Part shown: piece after piece, positions 1 to 12,661 of the stretch
Numbering within the stretch: the first letter of the stretch is position 1
Layout of the letters: every line of letters starts with the position of its first letter
Assembly: GCF_964204645.1 (NCBI RefSeq)
Contig: NC_134031.1
Coordinates: 14,309,807 to 14,373,806 of the forward strand
DNA: 64,000 nucleotides
Reading direction: 5' to 3'
DNA from: Tubulanus polymorphus
Lineage: Eukaryota; Animalia; Nemertea
Notes under the pieces: generated by a model
Databases searched by the model: none
Told to the model about the DNA's origin: nothing
Seen by the model: the letters and a program-made list of their open reading frames with translations, nothing else
Translations under genes and position numbers: made by a program

Positions 1-480
1 TGCATGACTACCTACCACCCCTCATTATTGTTGGAAAACTAAACGTTCCGCACTGACTAAAAATTAGTAATAATAATTAATAATATTTTAGAAATGGCCA
101 GAATTTTAATTTAGGTTCTATCTCATTTTTATTTTACAATTGCGATTGGTATAATTTTTTTTAAACGGCCGTTAAGGCTTCATGTTTCGTCTGCAATTCA
201 CTGCAAATAGTTACGCAACTACGCACATTTCAGTGTTTTTGGCAGCTGTACACTCAATCGGCACCGTTCGTGACTAGCTTCACTGCGGAATTATCATTAA
301 TTAACATCGCCATATCACATCATCAACTTATATTGTGCCTTAAAACCCTAACAGCAGAAATAATTGAAATGCACACACGATTTCTATCATTGAAAATTGA
401 GAGAGTGGCCGTGTTTGTGTTCTGCTGCTTCACGTAAATCCCGCGGGGTGGCGCCACCGCGTGGAGTGGGGCCGATACGT

Positions 481-730
481 CTAGAGGAAATGTATTTCTA
501 GGTCAACTAGAGTGGAGTCGAGAGATATCTCAACTTAGAGGAAATGTATTTCTAGGTCAACTAGAGTGGAGTCCAGAGATATCTCAATCTAGAGGAAATG
601 TATTTCTGGGTCCACTTAGGCGGGGTCCAGAATTATCTCAATCCAGAAAAAATGTAGTTCTGGGTCCAGTGAGTGGAGTCAGAGATATCTGAACCTGGTA
701 TAGAGGATATGTAGTTCTGGGTCATCTAGA
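481..730. repeat. Tandem repeat, 54-bp unit, ~4.5 copies
   Basis: ctagaggaaatgtatttctaggtcaactagagtggagtccagagatatctcaat recurring at 481, 535, 589, 643. Confidence 0.85.
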
Positions 731-2436
731 GCGGCGCCCAAAGATACCACAACCTCTTTGGGGCTCTTTAGGTCTAAAGGTCGAGTCAAGTCCAGGAATA
801 TTGTGATGGAGAGTTTTACAGTGTGACTGACGGGTTTGAAACGTTTAGCAAACATATTTTTTACATTCTCGCAGCTACAATGCGATGCGAACCAATTGAT
901 ATTGATATTGATATATTCACCTCCGTTTGAACTATCATGCCTACAGATCATAGGATCAATTTTCTAGACTTACTGATTATTCCCATTGATGCGATTATCA
1001 CTACGAATAATACTCGACCGTACGCTCCAGTGCCCACCGTGACGTCATCACCGGAACAACAACTGTCATTTCCGCCACGAAACGAGTCACGTGATGCGCA
1101 TTTTCATTGAGAAAATCGATAAAACTTCGTTAGAAATCTCGATTTTACCGATGGTGCAGTTTTGATAATATAGTGCGCAAAGCAATCATAAATGATGACC
1201 AACAGTTCTGCGTAGCGTTCAAAAACGGAAGTCGTCTAGTCACGTAGTTCCGGCGATCAATTACTAGTAGCCATTAGAAGTCGGGTAGTTTACAGGAATC
1301 ATGCTCAGGTGCAGACGTTTGCCGGAATAACCGTCGCGGCGTAGACGTTTATTCAACGTTTGACGTCATTGTTGCATTGTTTCAGTCACGTATATGAGAT
1401 GAAGCCTGTGCGGATATGGTGCGACGGGTTTAATCCCGCCCTGCAGCAGCAACAACAACAGACGTGCCTCTATGCCCAATGTCAAGGTGAAGAGCGCACG
1501 TGTTTACTACCAGGATCGAAAAAATTTGATCATTAATTCTTATGGCAGAATCTCTGTCTGAACATATGCTATACGAAAAAATATACTTTCCAGGATCTAA
1601 GAAAAAATCAAACCTATAAAGTTCTGGATCAGGTTCCACAGTTCTGAACTCAGGTCCACACTTCTGAACTCAGTTTCACAGTTCTGGATCCAATCTTACA
1701 GTTCTGGACCAAGTTCCACGGGAACTGTGGTCGTGGGTAACCCGTGGTTGCACAGTTTTGTTTGTACTGTAGCGCGCGGTCAGAGTGTGGAATACCATGT
1801 AATCGTATCAACGTCGTGGTCTCAACGACGATTTAATTATGAAATAACACCTTATGTCTATTTCAACTTGTTTAAAGAGAGGTTGGGTTTTCTATAGCTC
1901 AGTCAGTTAGAGTACTACATACCTGATATAGGTGTTCAAAGACCAGTACAGATGGACAGCCAAAAACATCGATTTTTAATTCCATTTTCTACAGAATCGA
2001 AGATCACCAAAAAGTCTTCTTTTACTTAAGTTGAATCAGAGAAACGAAACATTTTTGGACTAAATGATATCACGTTTTATGATATTGTTTCGATACCTAC
2101 AAACTGGATTGATTTTCAAATCGCCTACGCCAGTAGTGAATCGGTATACATAATCACATCGATCAGCAGGTTGAATTGCAGACACATCTGTGATCAGACA
2201 TCAGCTTACTGTGACATTATGCGTTCCGTTTCCAGGTTGACTAATGGTGAATGTAACAATATCAATATTTTCTAATAAAGATATCGGAAATACGTTTTTA
2301 CAAGATGAAAATTAATTGGTTTATGGAAGACCGCGGTTTAAGCCACAAGGGTGTTGCCAAATAGGCCACGTGGAGTCGAACAAGTGCCACTCGGGGTTTG
2401 TGGTGCATTGTGTATAGTTGACAGGTATTACGCACC

Positions 2437-2635
2437 AAGGGAGCCGAAAGGGCACTTTAGGTATTCCGTTTAGTCGCCCATGGATTTGTCCACTAGGGAG
2501 CCGATAGGGAACTCTATAGGTATTCCGATTAGTCACCCATGGTATCACCCACAAGGAGAGCCGATTAAGGCACTCTAAGTATTCCATTCAGTCGACCATG
2601 GATTTGCCGACGAGGTAGCCGATAGGGCACTTTGG
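2437..2635. repeat. Tandem repeat, ~59-bp unit
   Basis: agggagccgatagggcactttaggtattccg...ccatgg recurring about 3.5 times. Confidence 0.75.
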
Positions 2636-3309
2636 GTTGGTCTGATTTCCGCCAGTTGACCTTTTAGCACGTATGGAAACTCGAACACTGTAAACTCAAT
2701 GTATCCTGAGGTCAAACTCTAATTCCGATTTAGCATCACTCCTGCGAGGTTAGGACTTAGTCTGCATAATTCTCTAAGTTGCAATTCCCCGGTCGTAATT
2801 GAGATAGAACTAGAAAGATTCAAGTTTCGGTTGAAATAGAATTGATTGTAAGCGAGGTTAAAGGTTAATTTGACAACAGTGTTACCGCGCGAACGGGCAA
2901 CTAGTAACATGTAATTCTAGAGGTCTGGAGTCGGTCTTTACAAGACAAGTTAATGACGAAGGATGAGAGTCTATTCTCCAGGGGGAGGGGATGCTACACT
3001 AACATGCGGTTGCCGTGCGCGGAGTGGTGTCGTCTGTTGCCGCCGTAAACGCGACACTATTCGCTACACTATGACGAGTGAGAACAGAGAGAGCGCCTGC
3101 GACAATATTCTTCATTGCTGCTACACTATTTTTCCCGTTTGAGCGGCGCGGCGGCGACAGAACGAAACTGAGTCGATAGCCTTTTCGTCTTATTTCGCAT
3201 CACGCAAATACACGCGCATCTTCAACACGCATTACTATATTCAGGATATAACACCGTTTCAGATTTCGTGAATGTCTAAGGTAGGAATTTTCAGAATTTC
3301 TTTTCTACT

Positions 3310-3420
3310 AGTCATTTATGAAACGAAAAACCTGCGAGTCCGTGTAAAAAAGATAATATGAAATCCCTCGATGTGAATGAAAAAAGTCCGAAATGTTTCC
3401 TTGAGCTAGTTTGTCATCTT
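3310..3420 (-). mobile_element. Family A retrozyme-like repeat, inverted partial copy
   Basis: Reverse complement aagatgac...ctagctcaaggaaacatttcggac...gggatttcatattatc...cacggactcg matches the 23.3-kb unit. Confidence 0.6.
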
Positions 3421-3428
3421 TAGGAAAA

Positions 3429-3535
3429 TTGAAGATGACTATCAGGATATAGTCGACACGTAAAATGAACTACCCGCTCAAGGGAAATATTTCAGACCCT
3501 TTTTTTATTCTTAGAGTGGGATTTGATAATTTCTA
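3429..3535 (+). mobile_element. Family A retrozyme-like repeat copy with degenerate hammerhead
   Basis: ttgaaga-t-gactat-caggat-atagtc-gaca-cg-ta (perfect helix II), then gctcaagggaaatatttcagaccc..ttattcttagagtgggattt. Confidence 0.65.
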
Positions 3536-4004
3536 AGGTAGCAATTTCCGAGTAAGATTTTTCGCGATTATCAGGTCATGATTTTTCGAGATTCATGGGT
3601 TTTAAGTTCGTATCGAGAAATCATGTGTTTGAAGCTTTGCGAACGCGTCGCCGCAAACAAGATTACGTTGTTTCCGAGTTGGGTTGTTTTTCTTTGCGGA
3701 AAAATCAATAACGAAATCGAATTTTGAAACTTTTGAAAGATTCTTCATTTCATATTTTCTTTTTCTTTAAGGTAAGATTTGAAATAAATTCTATAGACGC
3801 CCGGTTGTAAGTGGTCTTTCAAAAGATCAACATTGTTGATTTCAAGTGAGATTTTTTTCTTGCATTTACGAATCTGGCAATTTATTTAAAAAAAAACAAA
3901 AAAAGACTTAGAAGATTTAGAATATGTCTGCGAACTATAATTCTGAATTCAGTCTTCGAAAAACTTGACATGAAGACAGTTTTGTAGAAAACACTTGCAG
4001 AATA

Positions 4005-4885
4005 GGGAAGTTTCCAGTTTCCAGGCGCCATTTTGAGGCGGTCCCGCGGGTCTCGCATTGTTGGAAAGATTTTCAAAGATTTTTTTGAACTAAAACCTCT
4101 AGCGCGATTCATTGTAGTCCATCCTCCTTTTGCTTCAAATGCAACGATGTTTGATGTTCACAACGATCGCTTGTTTTTATTGAAAGACTACATCTTTGTC
4201 GTGTCACCTAGCAGTGTTATCCTTTATTCTCTGATCGACACTGCGCTCGGTCCCACGTTTAGCGTTCGACGATTGAACATTCTAGGTCAGATAAGATAAG
4301 TTTCTTGACATTTTGTATTTTTTTTCTGGACTAGGTCCAATCCCAATGCTAAGTATCTGATTCTAATCCTCAAATAAATCTTGAGAATTCAGAAAATTGC
4401 CATGAAAATAGCGTAATACGCGCATGTAGAGAAACTCGACGGTCAACCACTCGCGCACACTTTGCGCTTAACTCAACCGGTCGCCACGCGCGCTTGTATG
4501 AAGATATTTTTGCCAATGTAGGATCATAAAAATCCTCAGATAAAACTCTATCGTCAATAAAAAATTCTACATTTTATATGAAAAAGTTACAGTCAATAAC
4601 ACAAAATTACCAATCTTTTTGAGGCGCCTTCCTTAAAGTGACGTATATTTTTTAAACTGTAACTACATCCGATTATTGCAGCCGAGAAAAATAAAATAAA
4701 CACCATTAGAAAATAGAAATTGTCACCTTTCTAACGATACATGACTTAAAATTTTTGAAGCAAAAGATGGATGGACGACAATTAATCGCGCTAAAGGTTT
4801 TAGTTTAAAAATGCGAAAATCTGTCCAACAATGCGGGGACCTGTGGGAGCGCCTCAAAATGGCGCCTGGAAACAGGAAACTCCCC
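4005..4885. mobile_element. Non-autonomous DNA transposon (~880 bp) with ~140-bp TIRs, flanked by TA
   Basis: Left gggaagtttccagtttccaggcgccattttgaggcggtcccgc... mirrors right ...gggagcgcctcaaaatggcgcctggaaacaggaaactcccc; TA on both sides; no coding capacity. Confidence 0.85.
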
Positions 4886-6723
4886 TATCCCTGTGCTTAT
4901 TAGATTTTCGTATGAATTTTCCTTGAAAAAGCATGAATCATTTCACCATTAAATACAATTAGGATTCGACCTTTTTGCGTCAGAAACTTTTGAAATAGCA
5001 AATCGTTTAAAGAAAACTCGTTTTGCCGTATGCTTTGTATCAAAGACACTTTCGTAATTCAATTTAAGCGAAATATTTGTCCTAGGACTTTTCTCCGCGT
5101 TGGGAAAATCATTTCGGGTCGCTGTTTTATGAAAGTATAGTAAAATCCGTCAGGATTAGGGCTAAATCTGTATCAATTTTTAAATGAAATAGATAATTCA
5201 TTTCTTAAAAAGCGCTTTACAACTCAAAGCTCTCGACCAACAAACAGAGTAAGAATTCAGAAAATCTAGACACGTTTTGTATGCGATAGATAACATAAGG
5301 TCAAGTCCAAATTGTTCCTAATTCTTCGTTACAAACACTTTTAGAGGATCATTTCAGCTTATCTGTATTTTTCGACATGAAACTGAGCTCAGCGCCTGAA
5401 AGAAAATAGCATATCCTTTTTTTCGTGCTTGAGGTTACCGGTACTAAGCGGCTTGTAGGGAAAGTCTGTTTCATGAATCAGGTTTACAGTTATAAATAAT
5501 TCATCATATTTTTTATTTCTTTCTCGCTATGAATTCACATCTAAAGGGCGTGCTGTGAATTCAAACCCTCGCTATAATTCATCGTCCGTCAGAGCGTCAC
5601 AGTAGTAATCGAACCCGGTAACCCAACAACGTAACTACTCAGCAGCGAAATCTCACGTATTAAAATGCAACTTATACAACGACGCGAATATAATTTATTA
5701 AGAATTTTTCTATTAACACATTCTATAGGCGACAACGGTTCTCCGGCTGAGGCCCAGACTCTGAAATTCACATGCGTTAGTTCCCATTGTATTCACTCAG
5801 TTATAATCTTCAAGAAGATGTTGCTGAAACAAACTGAGTTTTCAGTGCCTAGCTATGGCACTAGGTGGTGCGAAGGGCCCATTCCTTGCACAGCACAGCG
5901 CTACACCCCCCCCCCCCCATCCTTACATTGTACCCAAGTTTCATCAAGATCGAGCCACTATTGACGGTATAGCCGAAAAACAGACCGACACACAGACATG
6001 CAGACGAGAATAAATGTGTCTTGGAAGCCCGAGAATTAATTACTTTGCTAATATAACTTTTGAAACTCGGAAGTTTGGAAGTTTGACCACTTTTCACGAG
6101 AAAAACCTTGAACTCAATCTTTCGCTTAATTTGCTATTTGGTAGGCCTACTTTATCCTTTAAATGTCGACAACACTAAATATTTTGAAAACGAATTCACG
6201 AAAATTTACCCTTGACCGAATTCTATTTGCGTCCATTAATGTGCATTTCCGGTACATATGAACCAGAGAATTTTCGGAAACCTGATACACACTGGAAAAC
6301 TTTTCAGATGTAGACTGCGTTGATAATGTGATATTCACTCGTCGTTAAAAATTTGGAAACGATAGTAAATTTGAATGGGGGAAATCCATTTGAAATAGGA
6401 AATTTGAGCAGAGGGGTGTCAAATGGTGTTTTATATAAATGTGTCATATAAATGAAAAATGCATTTATAAAAATGTGTGCATTACCTACAGTTATTTCTG
6501 ACAGACGCCGAAACAGCAATCGTTTAAGATTTGAATCGTGATAAGTTTCATCATTAAGACGATTGTTATCAGTGTCTGAACAATTTCGAACACGGAGCTT
6601 GGCCCCTTGTATTCGCCCCCGGGCAGAGGCAAGAATGAGAAGGGAGACACGGATGAGAGACGAAGGGAATTAGAAAGACGAGTGAGAGGATAGAGTGACG
6701 GGAGGGAGAGGATATAGAGCGAA

Positions 6724-6770
<47 letters not shown>

Positions 6771-7122
6771 TAGAGAGGCGAGATGGCGAAGTTGATGAAA
6801 GAGTTAGTAGAGAGAACGAGAAGAGGGAAGAGAGAAAGAGTGGAGACATAGAGAGTAGAGTGTCTGAAGAGTACTTCACTTCCACTAAAAAAGAAACATA
6901 ATATTACATATTTTCCCTGTTTCCCATCGGGCCATTTTACAAAACGGTTGATAATGATCCCCGATACACCGGCGCCTTGTACTGCGTTTCACGTAATTCA
7001 GAAACAACTTCAGAGAAGAATTTTAATAAAAGCACTTGCGAGTTTTTTTAGAACACTAAAATAAATGATCGATCCGACTGCATCATTGAGTTCGCGTATA
7101 CTTCTAACAACGATCAATATAT

Positions 7123-7426
7123 GTACGGAAGCCCCTAGGTGACATTCGAGATAATTTTTTCACAATTTCGACTTAATAAGTGGAATTTCGAGTTAATTGA
7201 CTCGAATTCAAGTTATAGAATCGATTTAATTATGTCGAAATTCGACTTATTTTTATGTCGAAATTCGACTTATTTTTATGTCGAAATTCGAGATGATGAG
7301 TCTACATGAAAAGAAAACTCGAAATTCGACTTATTAAGTCGAAATTCGAGATAATAAGTCGAAATTCGACTTAATAAGTCAAAGTTCTGAAAAAATTATC
7401 CCGTGTGTCACCAGGAGCTTCCGTAG
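7123..7426. mobile_element. MITE with long TIRs, internal ~21-bp subrepeats (gtcgaaattcgactta) and ATAT TSD
   Basis: tacggaagcccctaggtgaca...tgtcaccaggagcttccgta; ATAT at 7119-7122 and 7427-7430. Confidence 0.8.
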
Positions 7427-8319
7427 ATATGTAAATTTTCTGAGAAGATAAAACAATATATATGGACATAAAGAAGTTATTTCATATGGAGTCATACAGA
7501 AATCGAAATATAGAGACACTCGTAACAAAGTGTCGTATAGTAGGAAGAAGGACTGAGTAAGAGGAGAAAGAGAAAGGGGAAAGAGAGGGACAGGGAAAGG
7601 GAGAGGGAGAGAGAGAGAGAGGAGAATCATAATAAAACAGTCGTCGACGATCGAACCCTTCGGTTATTTCCACAGCGCCAAAGCTCTATGTCTACTTAAA
7701 GGCGAGTTCTATCAATCTCTAAAACACTTATAGACTTGAGAGAAGCTAAAAAGCTTTTTTTTATAGTCAACAATCTGCTGCTGTTGCTGTAGGTCTCAGT
7801 AGAACGTGTATGTTACAGTGCGTGGTAGTGCGTGTCAGTTTGTCATCATCTTATCAGCAGATTTTTAAAGATAAAAACCTTTTTGAAACCGCGATGATGC
7901 TCTCAAAGTCTTATGGGTATTGAAAGCTACGTTTATTAAAACTATCACAAAAGCACGTGATATACTGTGTGTCTGTCTGTCTCCTCAAAACTAGTCTATA
8001 GTCTATTCACTTCGTCCAAACTGACTTTTTTCTGGCCCCGGGTATTTTTACAATATCCGTCCAAGCAGCAGTGAATCTATTCATGCACGAACTCCAGTCA
8101 TTCCTGACACGTTTCCAAGTGCTTTTTTTCAGTGATTCGCCCAAAAGCAGTTGACGGGACGGATTTAAGAAAAAGGCATCTTACTTCTTGTTGAAAAGGG
8201 CACGAAATCAGCGATGGGTGGTACTCACAATACCTTGAGCCGAGAGGTGGCGTTAGCGTCGGTACAGATGTTGACCTATCTATGCACGAACCCCTAAGGG
8301 CAGATTTTACAAACTTCTG

Positions 8320-8445
8320 GAGCCAGTTGCTCAAAAGTTGTTTAGAGTTAACCAGTAGATAGTTGACATAGTGACAATTAAAAGTTCATTGTAACTATGG
8401 TATTTATCCACCGGTTATCTATAACCAAATTTTCAGCAACTCACC
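8320..8445. mobile_element. PIF/Harbinger-like MITE with CTG TSD
   Basis: gagccagttgctcaaaagttg...aattttcagcaactcacc flanked by CTG on both sides; related arms at 11793-11835, 12455-12540 and 41275-41390. Confidence 0.6.
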
Positions 8446-8990
8446 CTGGTTAGGGGTCGGCTGCCTTCACGCCCAGCTATATGGTAACTATTTTGACCCA
8501 CTTCGGACCTTCCTTTGATAGATTTATAGATTCTGGGTACCGTATACGGGCCTGGATAGAGTTCTAAAATGGGTTTTCTCATTCCTGTGGAACTGGGTTC
8601 TCATAACGTCAGAACTGGATTTTCTCATTCCTGTGGAACTTGGTTCTCAACTGTCGGTGGTTCTCCTAATTTCGGAGCTCGATATCGAGACAGGATTAAG
8701 TCCAAGAATTCAATTCTTGACAAAGTTATTCTCTTGAAATCCGAACATAAATCGTACAAACATTGTCGTACAAAGTTATTGTCTGATCTGAATAAAACAA
8801 GAAACATAAATACTTATAAGATATTCTGTACACTAAGCTAATCACTAATTCGATTAACTTAAAAAACGTGCGCGCACTTAACCCCAGAAAATAACAAAGT
8901 TTCTAAGCTCGATCTATCGTTTAATTCTAAAACAATCATGGCGTCTGAAAGTGACACATCAAAGTGAAACCCAGTAAATGTTGCGAAGAT

Positions 8991-9667
8991 CAACTGTGGA
9001 ACTGTGTTCACGACCGTGGAACTAGGTTTACAACTGTGTAACTGGGTTTTCAAATGTATAACTGGGTTCTCAACTGTGTAACTGGGTCCTCAACTGTATA
9101 ACTTGGTTCTCAACTGTATAACTTGGTTCTCAACTGTGTAACTGGGTCCTCAACCGCAGAACTAGGTTTTCAACTGTGTAACTGGGTTCTCAACTGTGTA
9201 ACTTGGTTCTCAACTGTATAACTTGGTTCTCAACTGTATAACTTGGTTCTCAACTGTGTAACTGGGTTCTCAACCGCAGAACTAGGTTTTCAACTGTGTA
9301 ACTGGGTTCTCAACCGCAGAACTAGGTTTACAACTGTGTAACTGGGTTTTCAAATGTATAACTGGGTTCTCAACTGTGTAACTGGGTTCTCAACTGTATA
9401 ACTTGGTTCTCAACTGTGTAACTGGGTTCTCAACCGCGGAACTAGGTTTTCAACTGTGTAACTGGGTTCGCAAATGTGTAAATGAGTTCTCAACTGTGAA
9501 GCTGGGTTCTCAACTGTCGAACTGGGTTCTCGACCGTGGAACTAGGTTTTCAACAGTGTAACTGGGTTCTCAACTGTGAAACTGGATTCTCAACTGCGGA
9601 ACTTGGTTTTCAACCGTGGAACTCGGCTCTGAACATTGGAACTGGGTTCTCAAGTGTGGAACTGGGT
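8991..9667. repeat. Minisatellite, 20-bp unit ACTGGGTTCTCAACTGTGKA (~33 copies)
   Basis: Exact 20-bp periodicity; related short arrays at 1620-1725 (inverted), 8585-8655 and 38570-38812 (inverted). Confidence 0.95.
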
Positions 9668-10806
9668 GCCGCTGGGACTGCTGATTCGTATTAGATGGTT
9701 TTACTCGCGGTTTCTGATTGATATTTCAGCTGATATCCCGAGTAATGACACGAATCGAGGATTATCATCGAAATCGGATTAACTGATGATCCGCGTAAAA
9801 TTGAGATGACATTTCAATAAAGCTTTTATTGTCGGCGTTAATGGTTTTAGTTTCCGGTGACTCTGCGCGCATACAAACGAAACCCATTAACGCTGTCGGC
9901 ACTGCCCCCAGGCGGTGGGTCTTATCACCGATCTTATCGCCCCTCATCATATCATCCTCTTATCACTGTCGCGAGAAGCATTGAGAGAAAAAAAAGAAAA
10001 ATGAATTTTCTATAGTAGGATATAATATCATTGCATTTTTTGCCTGATAAGAAAAAAATGTTTTATCATTTTGTTCCCGCTGCGCGAAGGGATCGGACGG
10101 TACTATCTTGATAATTATTCGGATTAGTTCGTGACGAAATGTCGTAACTCGAGAATTCATGACTCGCGGGAAAAATCCGCAACAATAACACGAGTGCGCA
10201 TGCGTGAGAAGAGATCTCAAGATAATTCCCTCCTCCTCCTCCTCCTCCTCCTCCCTCCCTCCCTCCCTCCCTCCTCCTCCTCCTCCTCCCTCCCTCTCTT
10301 TCGCTATCGGTCCATTTCCTCAATTGAGTTTCAAATGACGTCGCATCATAGTTTGTTGATATATTTCACCGATCGAGGAGCGTGCCTTGTCGCGCTGGCG
10401 AGAGATAGAACACCGTGCCGTCGATTTTAAAAGCGATTCGATGTTTTTTAAGTGCACTTCAGCTTCTTCGAATTCTTTGATGAAACGGTTTAAACTGCCA
10501 CGGTGAATCAAGAAGAGGAAGGCTCCGCCGAGCACGGCTCCGGTGATTAGAATTGAATCATTCATTTCGACGCGTTCCATGTGCCGCAGGGGATCCTTAT
10601 ATCGTTTCACTCTCTTATAGACCCGTTTATATCGCAGGCATGCGATGATAATTCAGCATCTAAATAACTGTTAAATTGAATAAATGATGATCGTTATTTG
10701 CTATCAGGGATGAGCGAAGCCTTTAAGGTCTATAGTGAGCTTCGTAATAATAACTTCTAATCTAAGAATTTGTAATTTATTTTTCTATGTCGGGAACAAA
10801 ATTACG

Positions 10807-10907
10807 AGGGAGAGGGAGAGGGAGAGGGAGAGGGAGAGGGAGAGGGAGAGGGAGAGGGAGAGGGAGAGGGAGAGGGAGAGGGAGAGGGAGAGGGAGAGGG
10901 AGAGGGA
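10807..10907. repeat. (GGGAGA)n microsatellite
   Basis: Perfect hexamer run. Confidence 0.95.
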
Positions 10908-12541
10908 AATCGGAAATGAAATCGGAAATTTTGACCATCTCTAAAACGTTTTTTCTTACCATATTCAAGTGGAACCTATATGATCTCGCAGTTGTGAGGA
11001 GACGGACAAGTAGAGAGTAGAGAGAGAAGAGAGGAGAGAAAGACGGCATTTTCGTTTTCATCAAACAATACCTGAGGCGATTTCTTTGATACAAATAAAG
11101 ATGACTAAGTTGTTGACGAATTGTAAAGACAGTCGTGATGGTATGTTGAAGTGGTTGGGTTTGTGGAATCAACTAAAGGAGATTACATCTCCCTCGGGCG
11201 CCCGAGGAGCTGTTTCACTAAGACTCTTTTCTTTCCGTTGGAAATGATTCTCTTTTAGATGTTGAGTTTTTGTGTCGATCTCTCGTGTACGGAGTACAGT
11301 CACGTGGTATAGAGTTAGCTGGAGCCGTCATTGGCAGGTTTATATGCTGATTGTGACCTTCAAGAACGACCCCGAAACAGTCACAGGCTACGTATCGACC
11401 CGCTGAACAGTCACAGGCGTCATACTTTATCAACGATTGGGGCCCAATTTCGATTCTAAGCTTAGAACGGTTGGGATTCACTTATTTCACATAAAAGCGG
11501 TGGCCTTTCGCTGAGATCATGCGATAGAATAACGGAACCTATTTCGTGTGATCTGGGTCGAAATCTTGCAAGATCTAAGATGGCATATCATGTTTGGCGT
11601 TAATCAACCAAACATAACCACAAGTAACTTAATTTTGGCTCTATGAAACAGGGCTCTCGTGGTGTTAATGATAAAAGTAACAACAATAATCTGAAAATTA
11701 GTATAGCGCCTGTTTCATTTAAAAAATGGTTCAACAGCGCTTTTAGATCATTGAAAGCTGCGTCTAAGTACGTACGCTTTTCAGAAAAGCAGGGGTCAGT
11801 TGCTCAAAAGTTGGTTTGAGTGAACTAGTGGATAGGCCCTAGTTTACATATAGGGACAACTAAAAGTTCCGCAGAAAAGCAGAGTTTCAGACGGCGCTTG
11901 AAAGTGTTAAATGGTGTTAATACTTTAATGGCAAAATAAGGGTCTGCAGTGGTCTGAGCGTTCACATTAAGGTAATATTTCACCAAGACCTTTAGTGTTT
12001 GATGACACCATGGTTCAGGGGTACATGACCCACGCTCCGGGACAGTTGGCGCTCGCTGCAAGGAATTATTTCGTGCCGAGGGAAAAACGATCACCCACAG
12101 TGACTGACTACGGCAATCGCGCGAACAAGAAATTCAATTCCGGTTGTGTCACCGAGAATTACTATCAGTTAAAGTTTTTTTAGGTTTTCTGTCGGTACGT
12201 ATACGATGACAGTTATCGTTTGGTTAATTCTCATTCACTCTCGTGAGTCACATCTGCGCGGATTAACTCGTAATCTTCTTATAAAACCACGCATCACGCG
12301 AAAGTTGCTCGTGATTCCTTTCTTAGTGTTAAATTCGGTGTCTGAAAAAGCGTTCGTTGGTAATAAATGATAAAAGGATGGTTTATTTGTTTCTTGTGGA
12401 AATACCAATACCAAGGCTTTATGGACCGGTAGTTTGGACGAATACGACAGTAACAATGCCATTTCAATTGACACTTTCAATTGACAATTGTCAACTATCC
12501 ACCGGTTAACTGAAACCAGCTATTGAGCAACTGTAGCCCTG

Positions 12542-12661
12542 GGCTCAGTTTCACAAAAAAAGTTTTTGGTGTAATTGCCATTGGTTACTTCATGTTTTCA
12601 ATGAGGACAACAATTCCAACTCAACCGTTTTAGGCTTAAGGCTTTTTCGTGAAGCTGGGCC
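12542..12661. mobile_element. PIF/Harbinger-like MITE with CTG TSD
   Basis: TIRs ggctcagtttcacaaaaaa / tttttcgtgaagctgggcc; CTG at 12539-12541 and 12662-12664. Confidence 0.65.

Noticed and set aside
1892-1940. tRNA-like TAGCTCAGTCAGTTAGAG
   Set aside because: A-box only; no cloverleaf or proper T arm, so not a tRNA gene.
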